Shown: positions 25,107 to 38,200 of the stretch, piece by piece
How the letters are laid out: every line of letters starts with the position of its first letter
How positions within the stretch are numbered: position 1 is the stretch's first letter
Source: Eledone cirrhosa
Taxonomy: Eukaryota
Assembly: GCA_964016885.1 (NCBI GenBank)
Contig: OZ024763.1
Coordinates: 10,478,001 to 10,542,000 of the forward strand
Reading direction: 5' to 3'
Length of the DNA stretch: 64,000 nucleotides
Notes under the pieces: generated by a model
The model's database searches: none
Told to the model about the DNA's origin: nothing
The model's input: the letters and a program-made list of their open reading frames with translations, nothing else
Translations under genes and position numbers: made by a program

Positions 25107-25180
25107 TATTTTATCTGATGAATGGGCCGGACGTTTCTGTAAGGATCGTCTAGTTTCCTGAAACCTTTGGTAATGGAATA
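25107..25180 (+). ncRNA. Type I hammerhead ribozyme motif
   Basis: Stem I tattttat/atggaata (2 GU); CTGATGA 25115; stem II ggacg/cgtct; GAAA 25160; stem III acc/ggt; GTA triplet 25170-25172. Confidence 0.5.
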
Positions 25181-25334
25181 ATTACATTGTGTTGTTTATT
25201 ATATAATTAAATAGACCTCTACTGTACATAGAGCACTCTCCTTTCCTTTACCTTTTCTACGGAAATACTTAACATACACACAGGATCTATATATATCATC
25301 ATTTAATGTGTACTGAAGTTAAGACACTGCAGTA

Positions 25335-27072
25335 ATAGTGTAGTGTTGTGTGGTGTAGTGTGGTGTGGTGTAGTGTGGTGTGGTGTAGTGTGGTGTAGTG
25401 TGGTGTAGTGTGGTGTAGTGTGGTGTGGTGTAGTGTAGTGTAGTGTGGTGTAGTGTTGTGTAGTGTGGTGTAGTGTGGTGTAGTGTGGTGTAGTGTGGTG
25501 TGGTGTGGTGTGGTGTAGTGTAGTGTGGTGTGGTGTAGTGTGGTGTAGTGTAGTGTGGTGTGGTGTAGTGTGGTGTGGTGTAGTGTAGTGTAGTGTAGTG
25601 TAGTGTTGTGTAGTGTGGTGTAGTGTAGTGCAATGTGGTGTAGTGTGGTGTAGTGTAGTGTGGTGTGGTGTAGTGTGGTGTAGTGTAGTGTAGTGTAGTG
25701 TTGTGTAGTGTGGTGTAGTGTAGTGCAGTGTGGTGTAGTGTGGTGTAGTGTAGTGTGGTGTGGTGTAGTGTAGTGTGGTGTAGTGTTGTGTAGTGTGGTG
25801 TAGTGTAGTGTAGTGTTGTGTGGTGTAGTGTAGTGTAGTGTTGTGTAGTGTAGTGTGGTGTGGTGTAGTGTAGTGTAGTGTGATGTAGTGTAGTGTAGTG
25901 TGGTGTAGTGTAGTGTAGTGTGGTGTAGTGTAGTGGGGTGGAGTGTAGTGTGGTGTAGTGTGGTGTAGTGTAGTGTGGTATAGTGTAGTGTAGTGTGGTG
26001 TGGTGTAGTGTAGTGTAGTGTGGTGTAGTGTGGTGTGGTGTAGTGTGGTGTAGTGTTGTGTAGTGTGGTGTAGTGTGGTGTAGTGTAGTGTGGTGTGGTG
26101 TAGTGTGGTGTGGTGTAGTGTAGTGTAGTGTAGTGTAGTGTTGTGTAGTGTGGTGTAGTGTGGTGTAGTGTGGTGTAGTGTAGTGTGGTGTAGTGTGGTG
26201 TAGTGTGGTGTAGTGTGGTGTGGTGTAGTGTGGTGTAGTGTGGTGTAGTGTGGTGTAGTGTGGTGTGGTGTGGTGTAGTGTAGTGTAGTGTAGTGTAGTG
26301 TTGTGTAGTGTGGTGTAGTGTGGTGTAGTGTGGTGTAGTGTAGTGTGGTGTGGTGTAGTGTAGTGTGGTGTAGTGTGATGTAGTGTAGTGTAGTGTGGTG
26401 TAGTGTAGTGTAGTGTAGTGTGGTGTAGTGTAGTGGGGTGGGGTGTAGTGTGGTGTAGTGTAGTGTGGTATAGTGTAGTGTGGTGTGGTGTGGTGTAGTG
26501 TAGTGTGGTGTAGTGTGGTGTAGTGTTGTGTAGTGTAGTGTGGTGTGGTGTAGTGTAGTGTAGTGTGGTGTGGTGTAGTGTAGTGTAGTGTAGTGTAGTG
26601 TGGTGTGGTGTAGTGTTGTGTAGTGTAGTGTGGTGTAGTGTGGTGTAGTGTTGTGTGGTGTAGTGTGGTGTAGTGTAGTGTAGTGTGGTGTAGTGTAGGG
26701 GGTGGGGTGGGGTGGGGTGTGGTGTAGTGTGGTGTAGTGTAGTGTGGTGTGGTGTAGTGTGGTGTGGTGTGGTGTAGTGTAGTGTAGTGTGGTGTGGTGT
26801 AGTGTAGTGTAGTGTGGTGTGGTGTAGTGTTGTGTAGTGTAGTGTGGTGTAGTGTAGTGTGGTGTGGTGTAGTGTGGTGTAGTGTTGTGTAGTGTGGTGT
26901 GGTGTAGTGTGGTGTAGTGTAGTGTGGTGTGGTGTAGTGTAGTGTAGTGTGGTGTAGTGTAGTGTGGTGTAGTGTTGTGTAGTGTGGTGTGGTGTAGTGT
27001 AGTGTGGTATAGTGTAGTGTAGTGTGGTGTAGTGTAGTGTGGTGTAGTGTAGTGTGGTGTAGTGTAGTGGAG
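25335..27072. repeat. Pentanucleotide array (GTAGT/GTGGT)n
   Basis: Direct inspection; followed by an (ATG/GTG)n tract at 27100-27285. Confidence 0.95.
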
Positions 27073-27298
27073 TGGTGCTTGAGATTCTGCTGGGGTTAAT
27101 GATGGTGATGATGATGGTGATGATGATGGTGGTGGTGGTAATGATGGTGGTAGTAATGATGGCGGTGGTGATGATGGTGATGATGATGATGGTGGTGGTG
27201 GTAATGATGATGATGATGGTGATGATGGTGATAAGGATGATGGTGATGGTGATGATGGTGGTAATGGTGATGATGGTGATGGCAGTAATATTAATTAC

Positions 27299-27369
27299 AA
27301 CCATATGTTCAGTGTAAAATATTCTACTGTGACAGTAACCAGTGAAAGTAGTGCCATTGGCAAACTGTA
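27299..27369 (-). pseudogene. Exon remnant (71 nt)
   Basis: ttgtttgacag| YSLPMALLSLVTVTVEYFTLNIW |gtaatt; hydrophobic and in phase with the flanking exons. Confidence 0.5.
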
Positions 27370-27387
27370 CTGTCAAACAACAGAACG

Positions 27388-30300
27388 CCACCCCATCCTA
27401 TAGTTATAGTAGTAAAGTGGGGGGTATCTTAGCCACACCATCCTATAGTTATAGTAGTAAAGTGGGGAGTATCTTAGCCACCCCTTCCTATAGTTATAGT
27501 AGTAAAGTGGAGAGTATCTTAGCCACACCATCCTATAGTTATAGTAGTAAAGTGGGGAGTATCTTAGCCACACCATCCTATAGTTATAGTAGTAAAGTGG
27601 GGAGTATCTTAGCCACCCCTTCCTATAGTTATAGTAGTAAAGTGGGGAGTATCTTAGCCACACCATCCTATAGTTATAGTAGTAAAGTGGGGAGTATCTT
27701 AGCCACCCCTTCCTATAGTTATAGTAGTAAAGTGGGGGGTATCTTAGCCACACCATCCTATAGTTATAGTAGTAAAGTGGGGAGTATCTTAGCCACCCCT
27801 TCCTATAGTTATAATAGTAGTAAAGTGGGGAGTATCTTAGTCACACCTTCCTATAGTTATAATAGTAAAGTGGGGAGTATCTTAGCCACACCATCCTATA
27901 GTTATAATAGTAGTAAAGTGGGGAGTATCTTAGTCACCCCTTCCTATAGTTATAATAGTAGTAAAGTGGGGATTATCTTAGCCACACCATCCTATAGTTA
28001 TAATAGTAAAGTGGGGAGTATCTTAGTCCCCCCTTCCTATAGTTATAGTAGTAAAGTGGGGAGTATCTTAGTCACACCATCCTATAGTTATAATAGTAAA
28101 GTGGGGAGTATCTTAGTCACCCCTTCCTATAGTTATAGTAGTAAAGTGGGGAGTATCTTAGTCACCCCTTCCTATAGTTATAATAGTAGTAAAGTGGGGA
28201 TTATCTTAGCCACACCATCCTATAGTTATAATAGTAAAGTGGGGAGTATCTTAGTCCCCCCTTCCTATAGTTATAGTAGTAAAGTGGGGAGTATCTTAGT
28301 CACACCATCCTATAGTTATAATAGTAAAGTGGGGAGTATCTTAGTCACCCCTTCCTATAGTTATAGTAGTAAAGTGGGGAGTATCTTAGCCACACCATCC
28401 TATAGTTATAATAGTAGTAAAGTGGGGAGTATCTTAGCCACACCATCCTATAGTTATAGTAGTAAAGTGGGGAGTATCTTAGCCACCCCTTCCTATAGTT
28501 ATAGTAGTAAAGTGGGGAGTATCTTAGCCACCCCTTCCTATAGTTATAGTAGTAAAGTGGAGATTATCTTAGCCACACCATCCTATAGTTATAGTAGTAA
28601 AGTGGGGATTATCTTAGCCACACCAACCTATAGTTATAGTAGTAAAGTTGGGAGTATCTTAGCCACACCATCCTATAGTTATAATAGTAAAGTGGGGAGT
28701 ATCTTAGTCACCCCTTCCTATAGTTATAGTAGTAAAGTGGGGAGTATCTTAGTCACCCCTTCCTATAGTTATAATAGTAAAGTGGGGATTATCTTAGCCA
28801 CACCATCCTATAGTTATAGTAGTAAAGTGGGGGGTATCTTAGCCACCCCTTCCTATAGTTATAATAGTAAAGTGGGGAGTATCTTAGTCACCCTTCCTAT
28901 AGTTATAATAGTAGTAAAGTGGGGAGTATCTTAGTCACACCTTCCTATAGTTATAATAGTAAAGTGGGGGGTATCTTAGTCACCCCTTCCTATAGTTATA
29001 ATAGTAGTAAAGTGGGGCGTATCTTAGCCACACCATCCTATAGTTATAGTAGTAAAGTGGGGAGTATCTTAGCCACCCCTTCCTATAGTTATAATAGTAA
29101 AGTGGGGAGTATCTTAGTCACCCCTTCCTATAGTTATAGTAGTAAAGTGGGGAGTATCTTAGTCACCCCTTCCTATAGTTATAATAGTAAAGTGGGGATT
29201 ATCTTAGCCACACCATCCTATAGTTATAGTAGTAAAGTGGGGGGTATCTTAGCCACCCCTTCCTATAGTTATAATAGTAAAGTGGGGAGTATCTTAGTCA
29301 CCCCTTCCTATAGTTATAATAGTAGTAAAGTGGGGAGTATCTTAGTCACACCTTCCTATAGTTATAATAGTAAAGTGGGGGGTATCTTAGTCACCCCTTC
29401 CTATAGTTATAATAGTAGTAAAGTGGGGGGTATCTTAGCCACACCATCCTATAGTTATAATAGTAGTAAAGTGGGGAGCATCTTAGCCACCCCTTCCTAT
29501 AGTTATAATAGTAAAGTGGGCCACACCATCCTATAGTTATAGTAGTAAAGTGGGGAGTATCTTAGCCACACCATCCTATAGTTATAGTAGTAAAGTGGGG
29601 AGTATCTTAGCCACCCCTTCCTATAGTTATAATAGTAAAGTGGAGGGGTATCTTAGCCACACCATCCTATAGTTATAGTAGTAAAGTGGGGAGTATCTTA
29701 GCCACCCCTTCCTATAGTTATAATAGTAAAGTGGAGGGGTATCTTAGCCACACCATCCTATAGTTATAATAGTAGTAAAGTGGGGAGTATCTTAGCCACA
29801 CCATCCTATAGTTATAGTAGTAAAGTGGGGAGTATCTTAGCCACCCCTTCCTATAGTTATAATAGTAAAGTGGAGGGGTATCTTAGCCACACCATCCTAT
29901 AGTTATAATAGTAGTAAAGTGGGGAGTATCTTAGCCACACCATCCTATAGTTATAGTAGTAAAGTGGGGAGTATCTTAGCCACCCCTTCCTATAGTTATA
30001 ATAGTAAAGTGGAGGGGTATCTTAGCCACACCATCCTATAGTTATAATAGTAGTAAAGTGGGGAGCATCTTAGCCACACCATCCTATAGTTATAATAGTA
30101 AAGTGGGGGGTATCTTAGTCACCCCTTCCTATAGTTATAATAGTAAAGTGGAGAGTATCTTAGTCACCCCTTCCTATAGTTATAATAGTAAAGTGGGCCA
30201 CACCATCCTATAGTTATAGTAGTAAAGTGGGGAGTATCTTAGCCACACCATCCTATAGTTATAATAGTAGTAAAGTGGGGGGTATCTTAGCCACCCCTTC

Positions 30301-32549
30301 CTATAGTTATAATAGTAAAGTGGGGAGTATCTTAGTCACCCCTTCCTATAGTTATAATAGTAGTAAAGTGGGGAGTATCTTAGTCACACCTTCCTATAGT
30401 TATAATAGTAAAGTGGGGGGGTATCTTAGCCACACCATCCTATAGTTATAATAGTAAAGTGGGGAGTATCTTAGTCACCCCTTCCTATAGTTATAGTAGT
30501 AAAGTGGGGGGGTATCTTAGCCACACCATCCTATAGTTATAATAGTAAAGTGGGGAGTATCTTAGTCACACCATCCTATTGTTATAGTAGTAAAGTGGGG
30601 AGTATCTTAGCCACACCATCCTATAGTTATAGTAGTAAAGTGGGGAGTATCTTAGTCACCCCTTCCTATAGTTATAGTAGTGAAGTGGGGGGGTATCTTA
30701 GCCACACCATCCTATAGTTATAATAGTAGTAAAGTGGGGAGTATCTTAGCCACCCCTTCCTATAGTTATAATAGTAAAGTGGGGAGTATCTTAGCCACAC
30801 CATCCTATAGTTATAGTAGTAAAGTGGGGGGGGGGGTATCTTAGCCACACCATCCTATAGTTATAATAGTAAAGTGGGGAGTATCTTAGCCACCCCTTCC
30901 TATAGTTATAGTAGTAAAGTCGGGAGTATCTTAGCCACCCCTTCCTATAGTTATAATAGTAAAGTGGGGAGTATCTTAGTCACCCCTTCCTATAGTTATA
31001 ATAGTAGTAAAGTGGGGAGTATCTTAGTCACACCTTCCTATAGTTATAATAGTAAAGTGGGGGGGGGGGGTATCTTAGCCACACCATCCTATAGTTATAA
31101 TAGTAAAGTGGGGAGTATCTTAGTCACCCCTTCCTATAGTTATAGTAGTAAAGTGGGGGGGTATCTTAGCCACACCATCCTATAGTTATAATAGTATAGT
31201 GTGGAGTATCTTAGTCACACCATCCTATTGTTATAGTAGTAAAGTGGGGAGTATCTTAGCCACACCATCCTATAGTTATAGTAGTAAAGTGGGGAGTATC
31301 TTAGTCACCCCTTCCTATAGTTATAGTAGTAAAGTGGGGAGTATCTTAGCCACCCCTTCCTATAGTTATAGTAGTAAAGTGGGGAGTATCTTAGCCACCC
31401 CTTCCTATAGTTATAATAGTAAAGTGGGGAGTATCTTAGCCACACCATCCTATAGTTATAGTAGTAAAGTGGGGGGGGGGGTATCTTAGCCACACCATCC
31501 TATAGTTATAATAGTAAAGTGGGGAGTATCTTAGCCACCCCTTCCTATAGTTATAGTAGTAAAGTGGGGAGTATCTTAGCCACCCCTTCCTATAGTTATA
31601 ATAGTAAAGTGGGGAGTATCTTAGCCACACCATCCTATAGTTATAATAGTAAAGTGGGGAGTATCTTAGCCACCCCTTCCTATAGTTATAATAGTAAAGT
31701 GGGGAGTATCTTAGCCACACCATCCTATAGTTATAATAGTAAAGTGGGGAGTATCTTAGCCACCCCTTCCTATAGTTATAGTAGTAAAGTGGGGAGTATC
31801 TTAGCCACCCCTTCCTATAGTTATAGTAGTAAAGTGGGGAGTATCTTAGCCACCCCTTCCTATAGTTATAATAGTAAAGTGGGGAGTATCTTAGCCACAC
31901 CTTCCTATAGTTATAGTAGTAAAGTGGGGAGTATCTTAGCCACCCCTTCCTATAGTTATAATAGTAAAGTGGGGAGTATCTTAGCCACACCATCCTATAG
32001 TTATAGTAGTAAAGTGGGGAGTATCTTAGCCACACCATCCTATAGTTATAATAGTAGTAAAGTGGGGAGTATCTTAGCCACCCCTTCCTATAGTTATAAT
32101 AGTAAAGTGGGGAGTATCTTAGCCACCCCTTCCTATAGTTATAATAGTAAAGTGGGGAGTATCTTAGCCACACCATCCTATAGTTATAATAGTAAAGTCG
32201 GGAGTATCTTAGCCACCCCTTCCTATAGTTATAATAGTAGTAAAGTGGGGAGTATCTTAGTCACACCTTCCTATAGTTATAGTAGTAAAGTGGGGATTAT
32301 CTTAGCCACACCTTCCTATAGTTATAATAGTAGTAAAGTGGGGAGTATCTTAGTCACCCCTTCCTATAATTATAGTAGTAAAGTGGGGAGTATCTTAGTC
32401 ACACCAACCTATAGTTATAATAGTAGTAAAGTGGGGAGCATCTTAGCCACCCCATCCTATAGTCATAATAGTTATAATAATAGTAAATTGGGGAACATCT
32501 TAGCCACCCCATCCAATAGTTCTAATAGTAAAGTGGGGAGCATCTTAGC
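27388..32549. repeat. 45-bp (48-bp variants) minisatellite, ~113 copies
   Basis: Unit ccacaccatcctatagttatagtagtaaagtggggagtatcttag. Confidence 0.97.
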
Positions 32550-32660
32550 AGGTGAATTCTATGGTCATGTTGGACAGCTACACTGGTGTATATGGTGGCT
32601 ATGGATGTGGCTCAAGAAATGAAGAGTGACTGAGGGCCTTGGGTTTTCCAACATGCAGCC
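32540..32660 (+). mobile_element. RTE-like APE endonuclease remnant abutting the array
   Basis: AGEFYGHVG...GVYGGYGCGSRNEE resembles GDFNGHVG...GGYGYGxRNEEG. Confidence 0.6.
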
Positions 32661-32879
32661 AGCCCGTCACCTGATTAGGGGAATACATGAGCCAGATTGA
32701 CTTGTGACTTGTTAGAAAACAGGATAAAACAGGATAGACAAATGGTTAGAAATATTAAGATCTTGCCTGGAGAACAATGTACTGCCTAATAAGCTCAACA
32801 CAAAAGAGGGAACAGGAAAATCTGGAACCAACTGGTGTCAAATAAATAAACATAAAAACAAATAAATACAAGCACTTAC

Positions 32880-33046
32880 CTGAATATAAAGCATGCGCAA
32901 CCCAAATCCACAGCACACAAAACACAAAAACAAGATGGTGTAGGCCAGAACAAAAGAGAGACACAAATTAACAAATTAGTCACTGATGAGGTCACAGAAT
33001 GTGTGTCAAAAAATAAATGAGATGGGGTTATGTTAGCCATCCATGT
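32880..33046 (-). pseudogene. Exon remnant (167 nt, frameshifted)
   Basis: ctttatttcag| ... CAG|gtaagt (strong sites); across frames HGW / PISFIF / NLLICVSL versus ABCA1 YGWSITPLMYPASFVF..VVLTSVNLF. Confidence 0.5.
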
Positions 33047-33138
33047 CTGAAATAAAGAGGAGTCCTTGCATTCTTGTCCGGCAACAGGAGGTGAATTTAT
33101 CTTTATCTTTGTCATCGTCATATATATATGTATATATG

Positions 33139-33197
<59 letters not shown>

Positions 33198-33401
33198 AGG
33201 AGGTTATAGTTCACTTGAAGCATTGTGTAATGAGGTATAAACGTTTGACAGCTTTACTTACCTCTGAAGAAGAGATATTATCTCGGAAATTTAGGACATT
33301 TAAATAAATCTAAGGTAAAAGACTAATTGTCAACAATATCTTTTGCATTTGCATTCTTTATTCTATGTCCATACCTGCTTTATTATACATATACAAACGT
33401 T

Positions 33402-33432
<31 letters not shown>

Positions 33433-33744
33433 ATACTCAGTGGGAAGCAGCAATTTCTACCAAGTTCCACTGAGAAGATATTAGGCAACCTAATAGAAGA
33501 CAGTTGACCACAGTGGGAATTGAACCCCAAACCCTGTGGTTCCCAAATGTACAACTTAACCATACAGACTGGACCTATAATATAAAACTATTTTCTAATC
33601 ATTAGTGGTTTGTTTGTTTTTATATTTTAACTTTAATAGTTTGTTTTTATATTTTAACTTTAATATTTTAACTTTAATAGTGAAATAATGTGCTGTTGTT
33701 AGCAGCTAATTGAATGAATTAAAATCCAGTTATACAATCACCTA

Positions 33745-33852
33745 TTTATTGTTTTGGTCAGTTTAGAATAACTGGCTGTACAAGTGCTGAGACTGTCATA
33801 TTAACAGTAGCTTTTACACCAATTAACTCTAATTGAATACAAGTAATTTGCC
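33745..33852 (-). pseudogene. Exon remnant
   Basis: ANYL...KSYC*YDSL / SALVQPVIL versus ABCA1 CNYV...KSYVSSTNLPVLALLLL; acceptor decayed. Confidence 0.35.
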
Positions 33853-33942
33853 ATATAATTTATGTGACATGGTGGTTGTGTGCTTAAGAAGTTGTCTTCT
33901 TTGCATCCACATAGTTTTAGCTTCTATACCATTGCCTGTATA

Positions 33943-35236
33943 TACCTTAGATAACTATCTTCTACTATAGACCTGTAGAGGTACCTTAGATAACTATCTT
34001 CTACTATAGACCTGTAGAGGTACCTTAGATAACTATCTTCTACTATAGACCTGTAGAGGTACCTTAGATAACTATCTTCTACTATAGCCCTGTAGAGGTA
34101 CCTTAGATAACTATCTTCTACTATAGACCTGTAGAGGTACCTTAGGTAACTATCTTCTACTATAGACCTGTAGAGGTACCTTAGATAACTATCTTCTACT
34201 ATAGACCTGTAGGGGTACCTTAGATAACTATCTTCTACTATAGCCCTGTAGAGGTACCTTAGATAACTATCTTCTACTATAGACCTGTAGAGGTACCTTA
34301 GGTAACTATCTTCTACTATAGACCTGTAGGGGTACCTTAGATAACTATCTTCTACTATAGCCCTGTAGAGGTACCTTAGATAACTATCTTCTACTATAGA
34401 CCTGTAGAGGTACCTTAGGTAACTATCTTCTACTATAGACCTGTAGGGGTACCTTAGATAACTATCTTCTACTATAGACCTGTAGGGGTACCTTAGATAA
34501 CTATCTTCTACTATAGACCTGTAGAGGTACCTTAGATAACTATCTTCTACTATAGCCCTGTAGAGGTACCTTAGATAACTATCTTCTACTATAGACCTGT
34601 AGAGGTACCTTAGGTAACTATCTTCTACTATAGACCTGTAGAGGTACCTTAGATAACTATCTTCTACTATAGACCTGTAGGGGTACCTTAGATAACTATC
34701 TTCTACTATAGCCCTGTAGAGGTACCTTAGATAACTATCTTCTACTATAGACCTGTAGAGGTACCTTAGGTAACTATCTTCTACTATAGACCTGTAGGGG
34801 TACCTTAGATAACTATCTTCTACTATAGCCCTGTAGAGGTACCTTAGATAACTATCTTCTACTATAGACCTGTAGAGGTACCTTAGGTAACTATCTTCTA
34901 CTATAGACCTGTAGGGGTACCTTAGATAACTATCTTCTACTATAGACCTGTAGGGGTACCTTAGATAACTATCTTCTACTATAGACCTGTAGAGGTACCT
35001 TAGATAACTATCTTCTACTATAGACCTGTAGGGGTACCTTAGATAACTATCTTCTACTATAGACCTGTAGAGGTACCTTAGATAACTATCTTCTACTATA
35101 GACCTGTAGAGGTACCTTAGATAGCTATCTTCTACTATAGACCTGTAGAGGTACCTTAGATAACTATCTTCTACTATAGACCTGTAGAGGTACCTTAGGT
35201 AACTATCTTCTACTATAGACCTGTAGAGGTACCTTG
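33943..35236. repeat. 39-bp minisatellite, ~33 copies, seeded from a SINE head (33868-33975)
   Basis: Unit gtaccttagataactatcttctactatagacctgtagag; upstream gtggttgtgtgcttaagaag..ccacatagtt.. is SINE-like. Confidence 0.93.
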
Positions 35237-38200
35237 GATAGAGGATGCCTCCAGGATGTCTCGCGGTAGTTTGGTTGTTGAAAAATAGTGTTGGTGAGGG
35301 TTAGATTGAATCCTCTACACATGGAGAGAAGGTAGAGGCCCTCTGAGTTCATGTGACTGACCTCAGGATGACATAGTACTCCCTCACATGACATGTGACT
35401 GACCTCAGGATGACGTAGTACTCCCTCACATGACATGTGACTGACCTCAGGATGACATAGTACTCCCTCACATGACATGTGACTGACCTCAGGATGACAT
35501 AGTACTCCCTGACACGACGTGACTGACCTCAGGATGACATAGTACTCCCTCACATGACATGTGACTGACCTCAGGATGACATAGTACTCCCTGACACGAC
35601 ATGTGACTGACCTCAGGATGACGTAGTACTCCCTGACACGACATGTGACTGACCTCAGGATGACATAGTACTCCCTGACACGACATGTGACTGACCTCAG
35701 GATGACGTAGTACTCCCTGACACGACATGTGACTGACCTCAGGATGACGTAGTACTCCCTCACATGACATGTGACTGACCTCAGGATGACGTAGTACTCC
35801 CTCACATGACGTGACTGACCTCAGGATGACATAGTACTCCCTCACATGACATGACTGACCTCAGGATGACATAGTACTCCCTCACATGACATGTGACTGA
35901 CCTCAGGATGACATAGTACTCCCTCACATGACATGTGACTGACCTCAGGATGACATAGTACTCCCTCACATGACATGTGACTGACCTCAGGATGACGTAG
36001 TACTCCCTCACATGACGTGACTGACCTCAGGATGACATAGTACTCCCTCACATGACATGTGACTGACCTCAGGATGACATAGTACTCCCTGACACGACAT
36101 GTGACTGACCTCAGGATGACGTAGTACTCCCTCACATGACGTGACTGACCTCAGGATGACAGTACTCCCTGACACGACGTGACTGACCTCAGGATGACGT
36201 AGTACTCCCTCACATGACATGTGACTGACCTCAGGATGACGTAGTACTCCCTCACATGACGTGACTAACCTCAGGATGACGTAGTACTCCCTCACATGAC
36301 ATGTGACTGACCTCAGGATGACATAGTACTCCCTGACACGACGTGACTGACCTCAGGATGACGTAGTACTCCCTCACATGACATGTGACTGATCTCAGGA
36401 TGACATAGTACTCCCTGACACGACATGTGACTGACCTCAGGATGACGTAGTGCTCCCTCACATGACGTGACTGACCTCAGGATGACATAGTACTCCCTCA
36501 CATGACATGTGACTGACCTCAGGATGACATAGTACTCCCTCACATGACATGTGACTGACCTCAGGATGACGTAGTACTCCCTCACATGACATGTGACTGA
36601 CCTCAGGATGACGTAGTACTCCCTCACATGACGTGACTGACCTCAGGATGACATAGTACTCCCTCACATGACATGTGACTGACCTCAGGATGACATAGTA
36701 CTCCCTGACACGACGTGTCTGACCTCAGGATGACATAGTACTCCCTGACACGACATGTGACTGACTTCAGGATGACGTAGTACTCCCTCACATGACGTGA
36801 CTGACCTCAGGATGACATAGTACTCCCTCACATGACGTGACTGACCTCAGGATGACATAGTACTCCCTCACATGACATGTGACTGACCTCAGGATGACGT
36901 AGTACTCCCTCACATGACATGTGACTGACCTCAGGATGACGTAGTACTCCCTCACATGACATGTGACTGACCTCAGGATGACGTAGTACTCCCTCACATG
37001 ACATGTGACTGACCTCAGGATGACGTAGTACTCCCTGACACGACATGTGACTGACCTCAGGATGACGTAGTACTCCCTCACATGACATGTGACTGACCTC
37101 AGGATGACGTAGTACTCCCTCACATGACGTGACTGACCTCAGGATGACATAGTACTCCCTCACATGACATGACTGACCTCAGGATGACATAGTACTCCCT
37201 CACATGACATGTGACTGACCTCAGGATGACATAGTACTCCCTCACATGACATGTGACTGACCTCAGGATGACATAGTACTCCCTCACATGACATGTGACT
37301 GACCTCAGGATGACGTAGTACTCCCTCACATGACGTGACTGACCTCAGGATGACATAGTACTCCCTCACATGACATGTGACTGACCTCAGGATGACATAG
37401 TACTCCCTGACACGACATGTGACTGACCTCAGGATGACGTAGTACTCCCTCACATGACGTGACTGACCTCAGGATGACAGTACTCCCTGACACGACGTGA
37501 CTGACCTCAGGATGACGTAGTACTCCCTCACATGACATGTGACTGACCTCAGGATGACGTAGTACTCCCTCACATGACGTGACTGACCTCAGGATGACGT
37601 AGTACTCCCTCACATGACATGTGACTGACCTCAGGATGACATAGTACTCCCTGACACGACGTGACTGACCTCAGGATGACGTAGTACTCCCTCACATGAC
37701 ATGTGACTGATCTCAGGATGACATAGTACTCCCTGACACGACATGTGACTGACCTCAGGATGACGTAGTGCTCCCTCACATGACGTGACTGACCTCAGGA
37801 TGACATAGTACTCCCTCACATGACATGTGACTGACCTCAGGATGACATAGTACTCCCTCACATGACATGTGACTGACCTCAGGATGACGTAGTACTCCCT
37901 GACACGACATGTGACTGACCTCAGGATGACGTAGTACTCCCTCACATGACGTGACTGACCTCAGGATGACATAGTACTCCCTCACATGACATGTGACTGA
38001 CCTCAGGATGACATAGTACTCCCTGACACGACGTGTCTGACCTCAGGATGACATAGTACTCCCTGACACGACATGTGACTGACTTCAGGATGACGTAGTA
38101 CTCCCTCACATGACGTGACTGACCTCAGGATGACATAGTACTCCCTCACATGACGTGACTGACCTCAGGATGACATAGTACTCCCTCACATGACATGTGA

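Noticed and set aside
22450-27391. 473-aa Thr/Pro/His-rich and 690-aa HYTT-repeat ORFs as mucin-like genes
   Set aside because: Stop-free translations of (ACC)n and pentamer repeats; no coding complexity.
20044-33046. Alternative spliced frame ...VQFANGTTFTGYCHSRIFYTEHMVALTHSWDW...FDLRVVFEYNGD* as a novel small protein
   Set aside because: It is open across four islands but has no in-frame start or acceptor upstream and no recognisable family. The other frame fits the ABCA order better. Not fully excluded.
33255-33320. Hammerhead motif CTGAAGA..GAAA
   Set aside because: Stem III and the cleavage triplet cannot be placed next to stem I; at best a relic.
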